Below are positions 1 to 17,402 of a stretch of DNA of 64,000 bases, piece by piece. Positions within the stretch are counted from its first letter, which is position 1; each line of letters begins with the position of its first letter. The stretch is from NCBI RefSeq assembly GCF_024223415.1, contig NZ_CP100500.1; one strand, written 5' to 3'. The stretch comes from Escherichia coli (GTDB taxonomy: Bacteria > Pseudomonadota > Gammaproteobacteria > Enterobacterales > Enterobacteriaceae). Below the pieces are notes generated by a model. That model was given only the letters and a program-made list of their open reading frames with translations. It searched no databases and was not told the DNA's origin. Made by a program: the position numbers and the translations under genes.

Positions 1-5563
<5,563 letters not shown>

Positions 5564-5875
5564 GCTTACCTTCCCTGAACGAGCTAACATAAATGCGCCC
5601 TTTCTAGCACAGCGAAAAAATGTAAATCCTGATAGCAATATGATTGAAAATTAATAACTTTTCGTTAAGCAGTTTTGGGTGTGAGTTGCAAGAGGGGAGA
5701 CTACTGAATTACTCAAGTTTTGTAATCGAGGGGAAAATGGTGATGGCGTTCATAGCAAAACGCCCTCAACCATAAAGGTCGAGGGCGCTTAAGATGTCAA
5801 AAACCCGCTATCCGTTAAAAAGCAATGCTCAACTAAGGTCAGTGACATTGCGCTAAAAAGCGAATTTTTAGAATT

Positions 5876-5951
5876 TGGCTCCTCTGACTGGACTCGAACC
5901 AGTGACATACGGATTAACAGTCCGCCGTTCTACCGACTGAACTACAGAGGA
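5876..5951 (-). tRNA. asnT: tRNA-Asn (GTT)
   Basis: Reverse complement reads TCCTCTGTAGTTCAGTCGGTAGAACGGCGGACTGTTAATCCG...GAGGAGCCA with cloverleaf and CCA end. Confidence 0.9.
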
Positions 5952-6051
5952 ATCGTGAGAACGGGGCGCATATTACTTAGCGGTACCTTGTCTGTCAACA
6001 CTAAATTTCATAAGTCATTTCAATTGGTTAATTAATCCGCAAAGTTGTTAA

Positions 6052-6849
6052 TTAATGAACATTCGTCGCCGAAAACGAGTCTGTATCATTAGCGTGATGC
6101 AGTCTCTGCAAAGGATCTTGTTGATAAAATTGGCAGAAACGTTGCCACAATGAAGGGAAACGAGGAGCAAAAAGTTCTGGGGCGCTAAAGAAATATTCAG
6201 AAAGTACGGCAAAACACTCAGCAGGATCACTGGCAGCATAAGCATCGATGCTCGCCGCATTCTCGCCAACTAATTCGATTTCTTCCTGAATGTTGTTCAT
6301 TGCAGCATGAAGATCGTGTTCCCAGCCAGCAACCTCACGCAACGGAATAAAGGGAACTCCGCTGGCGCGATCGCCGTTACGGGTGTCCAGCTTATGAGCG
6401 ACTTCATGAATAATCAGGTTAAAACCAGAAGCATCAAAAGAATCTTGTATATCCAACCAGTTCAAAACGATAGGCCCTTGCTGCCAGCTCTGACCTGACT
6501 GAACAATACGTTGGTTATGCACCAGACCGATATCGTCTTCCCATTCGTCATCGACCACAAATGGCGCAGGATAAATTAAGACTTCATGAAAACCATCCAG
6601 CCATTCCAGTCCTAACTCCAGAACGGGCAGGCAAAATAGAAGTGCTATCCGGCAGCTTCTTAATGAATCCAGTTCAAAGTCCTGTAAAGGAACAAGCCGC
6701 TTTTGCTGTAAAAAACGTTCGGCAAGAGTGACTAATTTGCTTTGTTCCTGTTCCGTCAGACACGTTAAAAGGGGGATCGATAGTGCTTCCTGCCAGGGAA
6801 GGGCAGTTTGATGTGCTGATTCTTGTACTTTCCAGGGCCACTTAATCAT
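6052..6849 (-). CDS. mtfA: Mlc titration factor A (265 aa)
   Basis: ORF 6052..6888; product begins [28 protein letters not shown] at internal Met; length matches MtfA. Confidence 0.85.
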   Translation of the reverse strand: MIKWPWKVQESAHQTALPWQEALSIPLLTCLTEQEQSKLVTLAERFLQQKRLVPLQDFELDSLRSCRIALLFCLPVLELGLEWLDGFHEVLIYPAPFVVDDEWEDDIGLVHNQRIVQSGQSWQQGPIVLNWLDIQDSFDASGFNLIIHEVAHKLDTRNGDRASGVPFIPLREVAGWEHDLHAAMNNIQEEIELVGENAASIDAYAASDPAECFAVLSEYFFSAPELFAPRFPSLWQRFCQFYQQDPLQRLHHANDTDSFSATNVH

Positions 6850-6942
6850 CGTTTTGCTCGCAAACTCGTCACTTGAACAAAATTGCACGGACAGGGACTG
6901 TTAAAATGCCAAATTTCCTGGCATCATGGCAACCATCTGAAC

Positions 6943-7032
6943 GGAGAGATGCCGGAGCGGCTGAACGGACCGGTCTCGAAAACCGGAGTAGGGGCAACTC
7001 TACCGGGGGTTCAAATCCCCCTCTCTCCGCCA
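6943..7032 (+). tRNA. serU: tRNA-Ser (CGA)
   Basis: GGAGAGATGCCGGAGCGGCTGAACGGACCGGTCTCGAAAACCGG...CTCTCCGCCA, long variable arm, anticodon CGA. Confidence 0.9.
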
Positions 7033-7586
7033 CTTTATCAATGACTTATCTCCCGACTTACCGCCTTGCTTTTCCTAAACAGAACAATCGTAGAATATTC
7101 TTGAAGGGTTAGATCGTCACTGTTTTCTGTTCGATACTGTGACATTCAGCACTTGATTCGCTATGGATCTGACAGGAAGGTTTCGAGCGAAAATCTGCAG
7201 TTATTCAGTCGTTTTCTTATCGGTCACCATTATTCTTTTAGACATTGATCCTACGAAGCTGCCGCAAAGTTGGTGGTGGGAACTGAAGTTGCGTAGAGAA
7301 GGGGTCAATAATTGAGCCAAAAAAGGAACGCGGCCGTCAGATTAAAGCCGCGGGACAAAGTCCATAATTTCCAAGAGTTGTTGAATTTCCCAGCTTTTTT
7401 GAAAGCCTTTGTATCATACTAACAAGTAAAAAAGGTTTAAATACCAAAATTAACCTATATTTCTGGTTAGCTTTACCATGACAGATGACTTGCTCCTGGA
7501 GACATTGGCGCTGCCAGTCTGTATTGGTGAGTTGTGTATTTATTGTTCGCCGCTTTCTCGGTTTTTTTCTACAGACATAATAAAAA

Positions 7587-7613
7587 AGACACGTCTCAAG
7601 CATGAGCGTGTCT
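7587..7613. terminator. Hairpin (AGACACG..CGTGTCT) flanked by A/T runs, probable bidirectional intrinsic terminator downstream of zinT
   Basis: 7-bp inverted repeat with 13-nt loop, T-rich on both sides; about 90 bp past the zinT stop. Confidence 0.45.
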
Positions 7614-7701
7614 GAGTTTGTTTTATTTATTTGTCTTGGTAAATTATTGTCGTTACTACCAGGCACTGTTCTGTTAAATAATTGAAGTCAGCGCAAAAAA
7701 A

Positions 7702-8352
7702 TCAATGAGACATCATCTCCTCGACCACTTCTTCGCTACTCAACTGATAGGGATAATACGTTGGCCAGTTTTCCATTTCATTCAATAAAGATTGCTGTGA
7801 ATCATTACCCATAAAAATGTGAAAATGAGATGATTTTCGTGGTGCAATTATATGATCGCTAAATTGAATATATTTAGGGGCTTTGCTTTCAGGATCTTTA
7901 CATTCGAATAAGTAACGAACGCCTTTCTTGCCTGATTTATAGGTGAGTATTTTGTATCCCTCGTAATCATATTTACAGGATGTTGTTTCATTATTTCTAT
8001 GGAATTCAACAATGCCGTCCTCAATGCCAATCATCTCGATATCTGTCGCATAACCTTTGTGATAATAATCTTTAATTTCAGCAAATGTTTTAGTTTTATC
8101 TGCATCCGCTTTCTTCTGAAAGACGGGATCAAGTTTGCCACTTTGCAGTAAAGGATAAACGGATTGCCAGACTCCATCCCAGTCACTGAGCGTTCGATTT
8201 TGTACATTGGCATCATCAAAAACACCATTAGCAGCTTTTTGTTCGATCTCTGTTAAAGGTTTGCCGTGTGAGTGATGACCATGCGAAAAGGCAGGAGCGC
8301 TAACAATAAAGACGCCTAAAGCAACAGCCAGTTTATGAAGACGAATCGCCAA
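7702..8352 (-). CDS. zinT: Zinc/cadmium-binding periplasmic protein ZinT (216 aa)
   Basis: [30 protein letters not shown]..., His-rich N-terminus, lipocalin-like fold signature. Confidence 0.9.
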   Translation of the reverse strand: MAIRLHKLAVALGVFIVSAPAFSHGHHSHGKPLTEIEQKAANGVFDDANVQNRTLSDWDGVWQSVYPLLQSGKLDPVFQKKADADKTKTFAEIKDYYHKGYATDIEMIGIEDGIVEFHRNNETTSCKYDYEGYKILTYKSGKKGVRYLFECKDPESKAPKYIQFSDHIIAPRKSSHFHIFMGNDSQQSLLNEMENWPTYYPYQLSSEEVVEEMMSH

Positions 8353-8388
8353 AACAGTTTCCTCCAGAGTTATTGTACATGATGTGTT

Positions 8389-8405
8389 ATGTTATATTGT
8401 AACAT
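8389..8405. promoter_or_regulatory. Zur box-like palindrome upstream of zinT
   Basis: ATGTTATATTGTAACAT, imperfect palindrome matching the Zur consensus core (TGTTATA-N-TATAACA), about 40 bp upstream of the zinT start. Confidence 0.55.
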
Positions 8406-8546
8406 ATGGCGAAATGCAATAACTCTTAGAAAACGAGAGCATAGTTTTCTCAGGTGTATTTACCTATCTTATTGAAATAAAATAAATTATGTCGATGATT
8501 TGAGGTTGATGACAAACGAAACATAACCTGATGCGATCTGTGTGGG

Positions 8547-8575
8547 CCGGATAAGGCGCTCGCGCCGCATCCGGC
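8547..8575. repeat. REP (repetitive extragenic palindrome) element
   Basis: GCCGGATAAGGCGCTCGCGCCGCATCCGGC, classic REP palindrome downstream of msrQ. Confidence 0.7.
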
Positions 8576-8608
8576 AGGGATAACGCGTACTTTGTCGGCA
8601 ATATGAAG

Positions 8609-9244
8609 TTATAGAGATAATTTGTTGTGAACCTGCTTGCGTAACCGGTTGAAAAAGGAAAGCAACTTCTTATACCGTAAGGCTAAAAGCAGTACCGCCA
8701 GCCCAGCGTAGATGAGCGGCTGCGGTGAAATAATCTTCACTGACCACAGATAATGTATTGGGGCCAGGATCGCGACAAGATAGACGAAATTATGCAACTG
8801 TTGCCAGTGCTTGCCGAGTTTTCGCTGCATCGCCTGGGTTGAAGTAAACGCTAAAGCAAGCAAAATAACCCAGCTGATAATTCCTAACGTTAAATAAGGC
8901 CGGGTAATTAACTCCTTACCTAATAACGCCAGATTATTCACGCCCAGCTCCAGCAATGCGTAACTGGTTAAATGCAGTGTCGCCCAGGCAAAGCACCATA
9001 AGCCTAACAGGCGGCGAGTGCGTATCAATAACGGCTGTTTTGCGTAGCGTGCCAGAGGTGTGATTAACAAGGTCGCCAGCAAAAATTTCAGTGCAGTGCG
9101 ACCGGTAAAATGCTGAATATCTTTCACTGGATCGGCACCCAGTCCACCGTGATTGATCGCCCAGACCAGCCAGAGAAACGGCAACAATCCGGCAAGATGC
9201 AGGCAAACTTTCAGCCATGTCACCTGTTTTGCTGTCAGACGCAT
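8609..9244 (-). CDS. msrQ: Methionine sulfoxide reductase heme-binding membrane subunit MsrQ (211 aa)
   Basis: [26 protein letters not shown]..., polytopic membrane protein; adjacent to msrP. Confidence 0.85.
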   Translation of the reverse strand: MRLTAKQVTWLKVCLHLAGLLPFLWLVWAINHGGLGADPVKDIQHFTGRTALKFLLATLLITPLARYAKQPLLIRTRRLLGLWCFAWATLHLTSYALLELGVNNLALLGKELITRPYLTLGIISWVILLALAFTSTQAMQRKLGKHWQQLHNFVYLVAILAPIHYLWSVKIISPQPLIYAGLAVLLLALRYKKLLSFFNRLRKQVHNKLSL

Positions 9245-10255
<1,011 letters not shown>

Positions 10256-10357
10256 TCACACTTTTTTGTCGTTAGCCAGCAAGAGCCGTTTACTGTTAAT
10301 CTGTCAGGGAGTCACCTCCCTAACAGTAGCAGAGATCTGCTTTTATATATTTATGCA

Positions 10358-10771
10358 TTAACTGCCACGATAGGTTGAATACCCATATTGGCTGAGTAAT
10401 AAAGGCACATGATAATGCTCGTTCACTTTATTGATATGAAATTCAACGGGGATCTCAGGGAAGAAACTTTCAAGATTTTGTTTCTTGAAATAGTCCCCGG
10501 TTTTAAATACGACACGGTAATCGCCAGTAGTCGCAGTTTGCTCGGGCCACAGTGCCTTAATTCGTCCATCCTTATCTGTTTTGGCGGTATTAAGTTGTAA
10601 CCAGCCGTTGTCCGCTTTCTTTTCAAGAGTGACTGTCACGTCGGCAGCGGGTTTTCCTGTTTGCTGGTTCAAAATATGCACGCTAAGAATGTTTTGTTGT
10701 GCAGCATAGACCAAAGAAGGTAATGAAAATGCAGCCGTTACTACGGAGAGTACTAAATAACGCTTTAACAT
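10358..10771 (-). CDS. hiuH: 5-hydroxyisourate hydrolase, transthyretin-like (137 aa)
   Basis: Signal peptide then transthyretin-family sequence ending YRGS. Confidence 0.85.
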   Translation of the reverse strand: MLKRYLVLSVVTAAFSLPSLVYAAQQNILSVHILNQQTGKPAADVTVTLEKKADNGWLQLNTAKTDKDGRIKALWPEQTATTGDYRVVFKTGDYFKKQNLESFFPEIPVEFHINKVNEHYHVPLLLSQYGYSTYRGS

Positions 10772-10903
10772 GTTTATATCCTTGTCATGTGAATGATTTT
10801 TGAGGATAGCGAAAAAACGTCCAGGGTAACCTTACAGAAGCATTACAATTTTGTAATGAACCAGGCTGTTTCTATAACATATGATTTATGGCATATTATT
10901 TTC

Positions 10904-11575
10904 ATGAAGATTCTACTTATTGAAGATAATCAAAGGACCCAGGAATGGGTAACGCAGGGGCTTTCCGAAGCGGGTTATGTCATTGATGCCGTTACTGATG
11001 GCAGAGATGGGCTTTATCTTGCGCTGAAGGATGATTATGCATTGATCATTCTGGATATTATGCTTCCGGGTATGGATGGCTGGCAGATCTTACAAACGTT
11101 AAGAACGGCAAAGCAAACTCCTGTTATTTGCCTTACTGCAAGAGATTCTGTCGATGACAGAGTCAGAGGGCTGGACAGTGGGGCAAATGATTATCTGGTA
11201 AAACCTTTTTCATTTTCTGAGTTGCTGGCAAGGGTTCGGGCACAATTAAGGCAACATCACGCTTTGAATTCAACACTAGAAATCAGCGGCTTAAGAATGG
11301 ACTCTGTTAGTCAAAGTGTGAGCAGGGACAATATCAATATTACACTGACGCGCAAGGAGTTTCAGTTACTTTGGCTACTGGCCTCCAGAGCTGGCGAAAT
11401 TATACCCAGAACGGTTATTGCGAGTGAAATTTGGGGAATCAACTTTGATAGTGATACCAATACGGTGGATGTCGCCATTCGCAGGCTCCGCGCAAAAGTT
11501 GATGATCCTTTTCCTGAAAAGCTAATCGCCACAATCCGGGGGATGGGCTATTCATTCGTAGCGGTAAAAAAATAA
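10904..11575 (+). CDS. hprR: OmpR-family response regulator HprR (223 aa)
   Basis: MKILLIEDNQRTQEWVTQGL... receiver domain plus winged-helix; ORF-track start at 10793 is an upstream extension. Confidence 0.85.
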   Translation: MKILLIEDNQRTQEWVTQGLSEAGYVIDAVTDGRDGLYLALKDDYALIILDIMLPGMDGWQILQTLRTAKQTPVICLTARDSVDDRVRGLDSGANDYLVKPFSFSELLARVRAQLRQHHALNSTLEISGLRMDSVSQSVSRDNINITLTRKEFQLLWLLASRAGEIIPRTVIASEIWGINFDSDTNTVDVAIRRLRAKVDDPFPEKLIATIRGMGYSFVAVKK

Positions 11576-12933
11576 TGAAAAGATTATCTATAACCGTCCG
11601 TTTAACCTTGCTTTTTATATTGCTGCTGTCTGTTGCTGGCGCTGGAATTGTATGGACTCTCTATAATGGCCTGGCAAGTGAGTTGAAATGGCGCGATGAT
11701 ACAACACTCATTAACCGGACAGCGCAGATCAAGCAGTTGTTAATTGATGGGGTAAATCCAGATACGTTACCTGTGTACTTTAACCGGATGATGGATGTTA
11801 GTCAGGATATCTTGATCATTCATGGTGATAGCATCAACAAAATTGTTAACCGGACGAATGTCAGTGATGACATGTTAAATAACATACCTGCTACTGAGAC
11901 AATCAGCGCAGCTGGCATTTACAGAAGCATTATTAATGACACAGAGATAGATGCTTTACGAATTAATATTGATGAAGTTTCGCCATCATTAACGGTTACT
12001 GTGGCTAAATTGGCTTCAGCCAGACATAACATGCTTGAACAGTATAAAATTAATAGCATTATAATTTGCATTGTCGCCATTATACTGTGCTCAGTATTAA
12101 GTCCGTTGTTAATCAGAACGGGGTTACGAGAGATCAAAAAGTTGAGTGGTGTAACGGAAGCGCTGAATTATAACGATAGCCGAGAGCCTGTTGAGGTTAG
12201 CGCATTACCGAGAGAACTAAAACCTCTTGGGCAGGCGTTGAATAAAATGCACCAAGCCTTAGTCAAAGATTTTGAACGCCTAAGTCAATTTGCTGACGAT
12301 CTCGCTCATGAACTTAGAACGCCAATTAATGCATTACTGGGTCAGAATCAGGTTACGCTCAGTCAAACCAGAAGTATCGCTGAATATCAAAAAACAATTG
12401 CCGGAAACATTGAAGAGCTGGAAAATATTTCGCGGTTAACAGAGAATATACTGTTTCTTGCCAGGGCAGATAAAAACAATGTTTTGGTGAAACTGGATTC
12501 GCTTTCTCTCAATAAGGAAGTCGAAAATTTGTTGGACTATCTTGAATACCTTTCAGACGAGAAAGAGATTTGCTTTAAGGTCGAGTGCAATCAGCAAATC
12601 TTTGCGGATAAAATTTTACTGCAACGAATGTTATCGAATCTTATTGTTAACGCCATTCGATATTCACCAGAAAAATCGCGCATTCATATAACCAGTTTTC
12701 TTGATACCAACGGCTATCTTAATATTGATATCGCCAGCCCTGGAACGAAAATTAATGAGCCTGAAAAACTCTTCCGTAGATTTTGGCGGGGAGATAATTC
12801 GCGTCATTCCGTAGGTCAGGGACTTGGTCTTTCTTTAGTCAAAGCGATTGCCGAATTACATGGAGGAAGTGCTACGTATCACTATCTCAATAAGCATAAC
12901 GTGTTCCGAATTACGTTACCGCAAAGAAATTAA
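11575..12933 (+). CDS. hprS: Sensor histidine kinase HprS (452 aa)
   Basis: Two TM segments, H-box LAHELRTPINAL, ATPase domain; start overlaps hprR stop (TAATG). Confidence 0.85.
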   Translation: MKRLSITVRLTLLFILLLSVAGAGIVWTLYNGLASELKWRDDTTLINRTAQIKQLLIDGVNPDTLPVYFNRMMDVSQDILIIHGDSINKIVNRTNVSDDMLNNIPATETISAAGIYRSIINDTEIDALRINIDEVSPSLTVTVAKLASARHNMLEQYKINSIIICIVAIILCSVLSPLLIRTGLREIKKLSGVTEALNYNDSREPVEVSALPRELKPLGQALNKMHQALVKDFERLSQFADDLAHELRTPINALLGQNQVTLSQTRSIAEYQKTIAGNIEELENISRLTENILFLARADKNNVLVKLDSLSLNKEVENLLDYLEYLSDEKEICFKVECNQQIFADKILLQRMLSNLIVNAIRYSPEKSRIHITSFLDTNGYLNIDIASPGTKINEPEKLFRRFWRGDNSRHSVGQGLGLSLVKAIAELHGGSATYHYLNKHNVFRITLPQRN

Positions 12934-13040
12934 CATAGGGCTTCAGTACGCCATAAATTAACCGTGAAAAAACGCAGTCACGTCGTAAGTACTAACGCAG
13001 CTGCGATTGATTATGCGCTTACATTCAAACGTAACAGGGA

Positions 13041-13892
13041 TTAACCCGCGTAAGCTGCCAGCATTTCCTGCGCCGCCAGTTTACCCAACGCATTCGCTGC
13101 GAAAGGACTGTCGCCGGTGAGAACTTTACGGTCCTTATGTACTCGCCCGGTGATGTCGTCATTAATAATGCTCATGCCCATTTTCTTCAGCTCTTCGCCG
13201 AAGTACCAGGTGAGATGACCCGGCATATAGCCAATATCTGGCGTTTGTTTGTCTGCGGCGTCTGGGAATGCGCAAATGGAATAACCATTCAGTGGGTTAT
13301 CGCCGTGGCGAAGCGCCAGAAATGCCGCCGGGCCGTGGCAAAGGGAGATAACAAAACGGTCATTTTTGATTGCCCACTGTAAAGCGGCAGCCACGTCCTG
13401 GCTTTCTGGTAAACCAATAAGTGCGCCATGACCACCAGGAACAAAGATTGCTGCATATTCGCTGTCAGCGTTGAGGCTGGCGACAACATCCGCGAGTTTC
13501 TTCGGATTGCGGAACAACGATTTATGCTGCTCAAAGAATGGCATTACTTTTTCATCTTTGTGTGGCATAGCCCAGTATTCAAACTTGGTCATCAGACCGG
13601 AAATGGTCGCCACTTCGAATTCGAAACCTGCAGCATGGAGATGATACAACGGCAGCAACGTTTCAATCGGATGGTTACCGGTCGAGAACAGTTTTCCGTT
13701 ATCGGTCGGCAAATAACGTTCGTCCGCGGCGATCACCAGAATTTTATGTTTCCCGCGATACGGTTTTGGATAGTCCACGCCATCAAGATCAGAGACGGGA
13801 CTCGTATATTGGCTAAGCGAATATTCTGAAGGGAAGAATGCATTATCTTCAGCAATATCGACCTGCGGGTTTTTACTTGTTTGAACAGTCAT
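13041..13892 (-). CDS. hchA: Hsp31 glyoxalase/chaperone (283 aa)
   Basis: MTVQTSKNPQVDIAEDNAFFPSEYSLSQYTSPVSDLDGVDYPKPYRGKHKILVIAADERYLPTDNGKLFSTGNHPIETLLP..., DJ-1/PfpI family. Confidence 0.9.
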   Translation of the reverse strand: MTVQTSKNPQVDIAEDNAFFPSEYSLSQYTSPVSDLDGVDYPKPYRGKHKILVIAADERYLPTDNGKLFSTGNHPIETLLPLYHLHAAGFEFEVATISGLMTKFEYWAMPHKDEKVMPFFEQHKSLFRNPKKLADVVASLNADSEYAAIFVPGGHGALIGLPESQDVAAALQWAIKNDRFVISLCHGPAAFLALRHGDNPLNGYSICAFPDAADKQTPDIGYMPGHLTWYFGEELKKMGMSIINDDITGRVHKDRKVLTGDSPFAANALGKLAAQEMLAAYAG

Positions 13893-14400
13893 AGTGTATT
13901 CCTTATTGTTGCTTAGTTAGGGTAGTCACTATATTTGCGACTGAGCTGGTCGTTATTTTTACCCAGGCTGGAAAATTGAGTCAATATATCGAAAGCGGTA
14001 GTCGGCGGGCGTAAGTATGTAATGATGATGCTGCACTGGTGTTGAATATTATTCACACCAACTTTTCCTTATTGAGCAACGCCGTCGCAAGTGGCCTCAA
14101 TGATTTTAGACCATTATCAGAGATCCGGGGCGGCAGGGAGAGATTTAGTGCTGTGGAATATTGTGGTGCTGATGAATATTTATATCCCGGATTGGCAGAG
14201 AAAAAGCTTTTTTCATGCACTATTTTTGCAAATATTTCTATATGGACGGCGGTTTTGTTGCGGATTAATTCATAAAGAAATGCATTTGGGTGTTGGCTGG
14301 AAGAAACGCTGGTAGATTTTATTGAGCCAGGAGGGGCGGGGTAATGTGCTGTATCGATATGCTTTGGCAATTGCGTGTGCCGCAGATGGAGATGAAATGC

Positions 14401-14440
14401 CAATAAAAAAGCCTGAGTTCGATGAGGGACGAACTCAGGC
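14401..14440 (-). terminator. Intrinsic terminator downstream of yedS
   Basis: Perfect 11-bp stem GCCTGAGTTCG/CGAACTCAGGC followed by a T-run on the minus strand. Confidence 0.7.
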
Positions 14441-14483
14441 TAGTGTTTAGTTTTACAGTAACACGCCGCGGCGCGTTGGCTGA

Positions 14484-15671
14484 TTAGAACTGGTAGACTA
14501 AGCCCACAGCAACGATATCATCGGTAGCGATACCGTTTTCTTTGTAGAAGTCGTCGTCGTTGTCCAGCAGGTTGATTTTGTAATCAACGTAGGTGGACAT
14601 GTTTTTGTTAAAGTAATAGGTCGCACCGACTTCAACGTATTTAACCAGATCTTTGTTTGCGTAGTGATGATTACCCTGGCTATCAAAGTTATCACCATTC
14701 AATCCGCCTAAATCCTTACCTTTAGATTGCAGGTAAGCGATGGACGGGCGCAGACCGAAGTCGAACTGATACTGAGCAACAACTTCAAAGTTTTGGGTTT
14801 TGTTAGCGATGGCATCAGCATCACCGTAACCAGTCATGTTACGGGTTTCAGCATACATAGCTGCTAAGTAAACGTTATTAGCGTCGTATTTAGCACCAAC
14901 GGTCCATGCTTCTGCTGTTTCACCGCCAGCAGTTGCATCGAAGCGATCTCCATAACGAGTGTTATGCAAACCTTTGTGAACCTGATTGTCAGTACGGTCA
15001 GAATTAGAATATGCAGCACCCAGACTTAAACCAAAGTCAAAGTCATAGGAAGTGGACATACCGTAACCGTCGCCGTTCTCTTTAGCAAGTTTACGGCCAT
15101 TCCCGTTACCTGAACCTTCTTGATCAAATAATCCGCTTTTCTCGTTGTTACCTTGATACTGGAGTGCAAAGTTCAGACCATCAACTTGACCAAAGAAACC
15201 ATTGTTACGATAGGTTGCTACGCTGTTAGCACGACCGTTCATGAAGTTGTCGGCACCAGCATAGGTATCGCCACCAAATTCTGGCAGCATATCGGTCCAT
15301 GCTTCGATGTCATATACGACACCGTAGTTACGACCATAGTCGAAAGTACCATTCTGACCAAAGCCTAAACCTGCAAATGCCAGACGCGTTGCGGTATTAC
15401 CTTTGTCGCTTTCAGGACCGTTTGCGCCAATGTTAAATTCCCACTGACCATAACCAGTGAATTGGTCAGCGATCTGAGTTTCACCTTTGAAACCGATACG
15501 GGCATATGACATGTCGCCATCGCTGCCAGCATCATCAGAGAAGTAGTGCAGGCCCGCTACTTTTCCGTACAAATCCAGTTTATTACCATCTTTATTATAG
15601 ACTTCAGCCGCATTTGCTGCGCCAGCAACTAATAACGCCGGGACCAGCATTGCCAGAACTTTTCTTTTCAT
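14484..15671 (-). CDS. yedS: OmpC/OmpF-family outer-membrane porin, apparently intact (395 aa)
   Basis: [38 protein letters not shown]...VGLVYQF, typical porin N-terminus and C-terminal Phe. Confidence 0.85.
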   Translation of the reverse strand: MKRKVLAMLVPALLVAGAANAAEVYNKDGNKLDLYGKVAGLHYFSDDAGSDGDMSYARIGFKGETQIADQFTGYGQWEFNIGANGPESDKGNTATRLAFAGLGFGQNGTFDYGRNYGVVYDIEAWTDMLPEFGGDTYAGADNFMNGRANSVATYRNNGFFGQVDGLNFALQYQGNNEKSGLFDQEGSGNGNGRKLAKENGDGYGMSTSYDFDFGLSLGAAYSNSDRTDNQVHKGLHNTRYGDRFDATAGGETAEAWTVGAKYDANNVYLAAMYAETRNMTGYGDADAIANKTQNFEVVAQYQFDFGLRPSIAYLQSKGKDLGGLNGDNFDSQGNHHYANKDLVKYVEVGATYYFNKNMSTYVDYKINLLDNDDDFYKENGIATDDIVAVGLVYQF

Positions 15672-15980
15672 TATGTATTCCCTTGTGATTATAATCTTCA
15701 TGGATATATCAATAAGTGCCGTTATCCAAAAAAGCACATTTGGATACTATTCTATGAAGTTCATTTTATTTTAAGGGTTACATGTAACAAATGTATTTAA
15801 AAGATTTCAAAATGTTTCCAATCTATTTAATATAATTCAGAATTATGAATTCTAGATATAAGCATTCATGAGATTTATAAATATATATCAATATGTTATG
15901 AGTTAATCGGAAAGATAGGGAGTATCAATGAGTGTTGCGCTAAACGGCTGGTGTGATCACGCGCATATTAATGAAGGCAT

Positions 15981-16005
15981 AAAAAAAAGCCGGCATCATG
16001 CCGGC
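15981..16005 (-). terminator. Hairpin GCCGGCAT-C-ATGCCGGC with 8-nt T-run on the minus strand; possible terminator of an RseX-like sRNA
   Basis: Strong GC stem followed by TTTTTTTT on the minus strand in the yedS-yedR intergenic region, with no protein gene upstream on that strand. Confidence 0.45.
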
Positions 16006-16235
16006 CCAAAAAATATAAACAAGACGATAAAAGGCTAATAACGGGGTTATCATGACACAGAAATCAAAAAAGGTATAATTGAATTCGGTGCTAATATATT
16101 GTTTAGGTGAATTAATAAAACCATTACCATAGATAATAATAAATCTTTATTGCTGTTTTTCCGGTAATTATTGCCATTGCGCAAAAATTATCTATTTGTT
16201 CAAAAAATGATTGAGTCTTGACTGGCTCATCCAAT

Positions 16236-16601
16236 GTGAAAAAATGTGACTTTTATCACATAATAGTACTAAGTCTGAATTTTCCGGGTTATCTCAAAAT
16301 GGAATACGGTTCGACAAAGATGGAAGAGAGACTCTCTCGCAGTCCTGGTGGCAAACTGGCTTTGTGGGCTTTCTATACATGGTGTGGCTATTTTGTCTGG
16401 GCAATGGCGCGTTACATCTGGGTGATGAGCCGGATCCCCGATGCCCCTGTGTCGGGATTTGAAAGCGATTTAGGCTCTACCGCGGGAAAGTGGTTAGGGG
16501 CACTGGTTGGCTTTTTATTTATGGCTCTGGTCGGGGCATTGTTAGGCAGCATTGCCTGGTACACCCGACCTCGTCCCGCACGTAGCAGACGCTATGAATA
16601 A
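16236..16601 (+). CDS. yedR: Inner-membrane protein YedR (start uncertain; 121 aa if GTG at 16236)
   Basis: ...MEYGSTKMEERLSRSPGGKLALWAFYTWCGYFVWAMARYIWVMSRIPD..., two TM helices. Confidence 0.7.
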   Translation: MKKCDFYHIIVLSLNFPGYLKMEYGSTKMEERLSRSPGGKLALWAFYTWCGYFVWAMARYIWVMSRIPDAPVSGFESDLGSTAGKWLGALVGFLFMALVGALLGSIAWYTRPRPARSRRYE

Positions 16602-16640
16602 AAACTGCTAAGGTTGCGACTCTTTGGCAACGGAGCGCGT

Positions 16641-17336
16641 ATGGACGTACAACACTGGCAGGCACAGTTCGAAAACTGGTTGAAAAACCATCACCAGCAC
16701 CAGGACGCGGCCCATGACGTGTGTCATTTTCGCCGCGTCTGGGCTACGGCACAGAAGCTGGCGGCAGATGACGATGTCGATATGCTGGTGATTTTAACCG
16801 CCTGTTATTTTCACGATATTGTGAGCCTGGCGAAAAATCATCCACAACGGCAGCGTTCTTCAATCCTGGCGGCAGAAGAGACGCGTCGCCTGCTCCGTGA
16901 AGAGTTCGTGCAATTTCCGGCGGAGAAAATCGAGGCCGTTTGTCATGCCATTGCCGCTCACAGTTTCAGCGCGCAAATCGCCCCCTTAACAACGGAAGCT
17001 AAAATCGTCCAGGATGCGGATCGGCTGGAAGCCCTGGGGGCGATTGGCCTGGCGCGCGTCTTTGCTGTTTCAGGGGCATTGGGCGTGGCGCTGTTTGATG
17101 GCGAAGATCCGTTCGCACAGCATCGCCCGCTGGATGATAAACGCTACGCGCTGGATCATTTCCAGACTAAGTTGCTGAAGCTACCGCAAACCATGCAAAC
17201 CGCAAGAGGCAAGCAGCTGGCGCAGCACAACGCGCAATTTTTAGTCGAGTTTATGGAGAAGCTCAGTGCCGAACTGGCGGGGGAGAATGAAGGTGTCGAT
17301 CACAAGGTGATAGATGCGTTTTCACCCGCGGGATAA
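16641..17336 (+). CDS. yedJ: HD-domain phosphohydrolase YedJ (231 aa)
   Basis: [38 protein letters not shown]..., HD motif (YFHDIV). Confidence 0.85.
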   Translation: MDVQHWQAQFENWLKNHHQHQDAAHDVCHFRRVWATAQKLAADDDVDMLVILTACYFHDIVSLAKNHPQRQRSSILAAEETRRLLREEFVQFPAEKIEAVCHAIAAHSFSAQIAPLTTEAKIVQDADRLEALGAIGLARVFAVSGALGVALFDGEDPFAQHRPLDDKRYALDHFQTKLLKLPQTMQTARGKQLAQHNAQFLVEFMEKLSAELAGENEGVDHKVIDAFSPAG

Positions 17337-17402
17337 GCGCGTGGCCCTAAATGGCTGTAATTATGTTAACCTGTCGGCCATCTCAGATGGCCGGTTAAAT
17401 CT

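Noticed and set aside
6873-7112. 79-aa plus-strand ORF overlapping the serU tRNA
   Set aside because: Overlaps a bona fide tRNA-Ser gene and has no coding features; spurious.
14053-14403. 116-aa minus-strand ORF between hchA and yedS
   Set aside because: Low-complexity translation, lies in the hchA promoter/yedS terminator interval and overlaps the terminator hairpin; likely non-coding.
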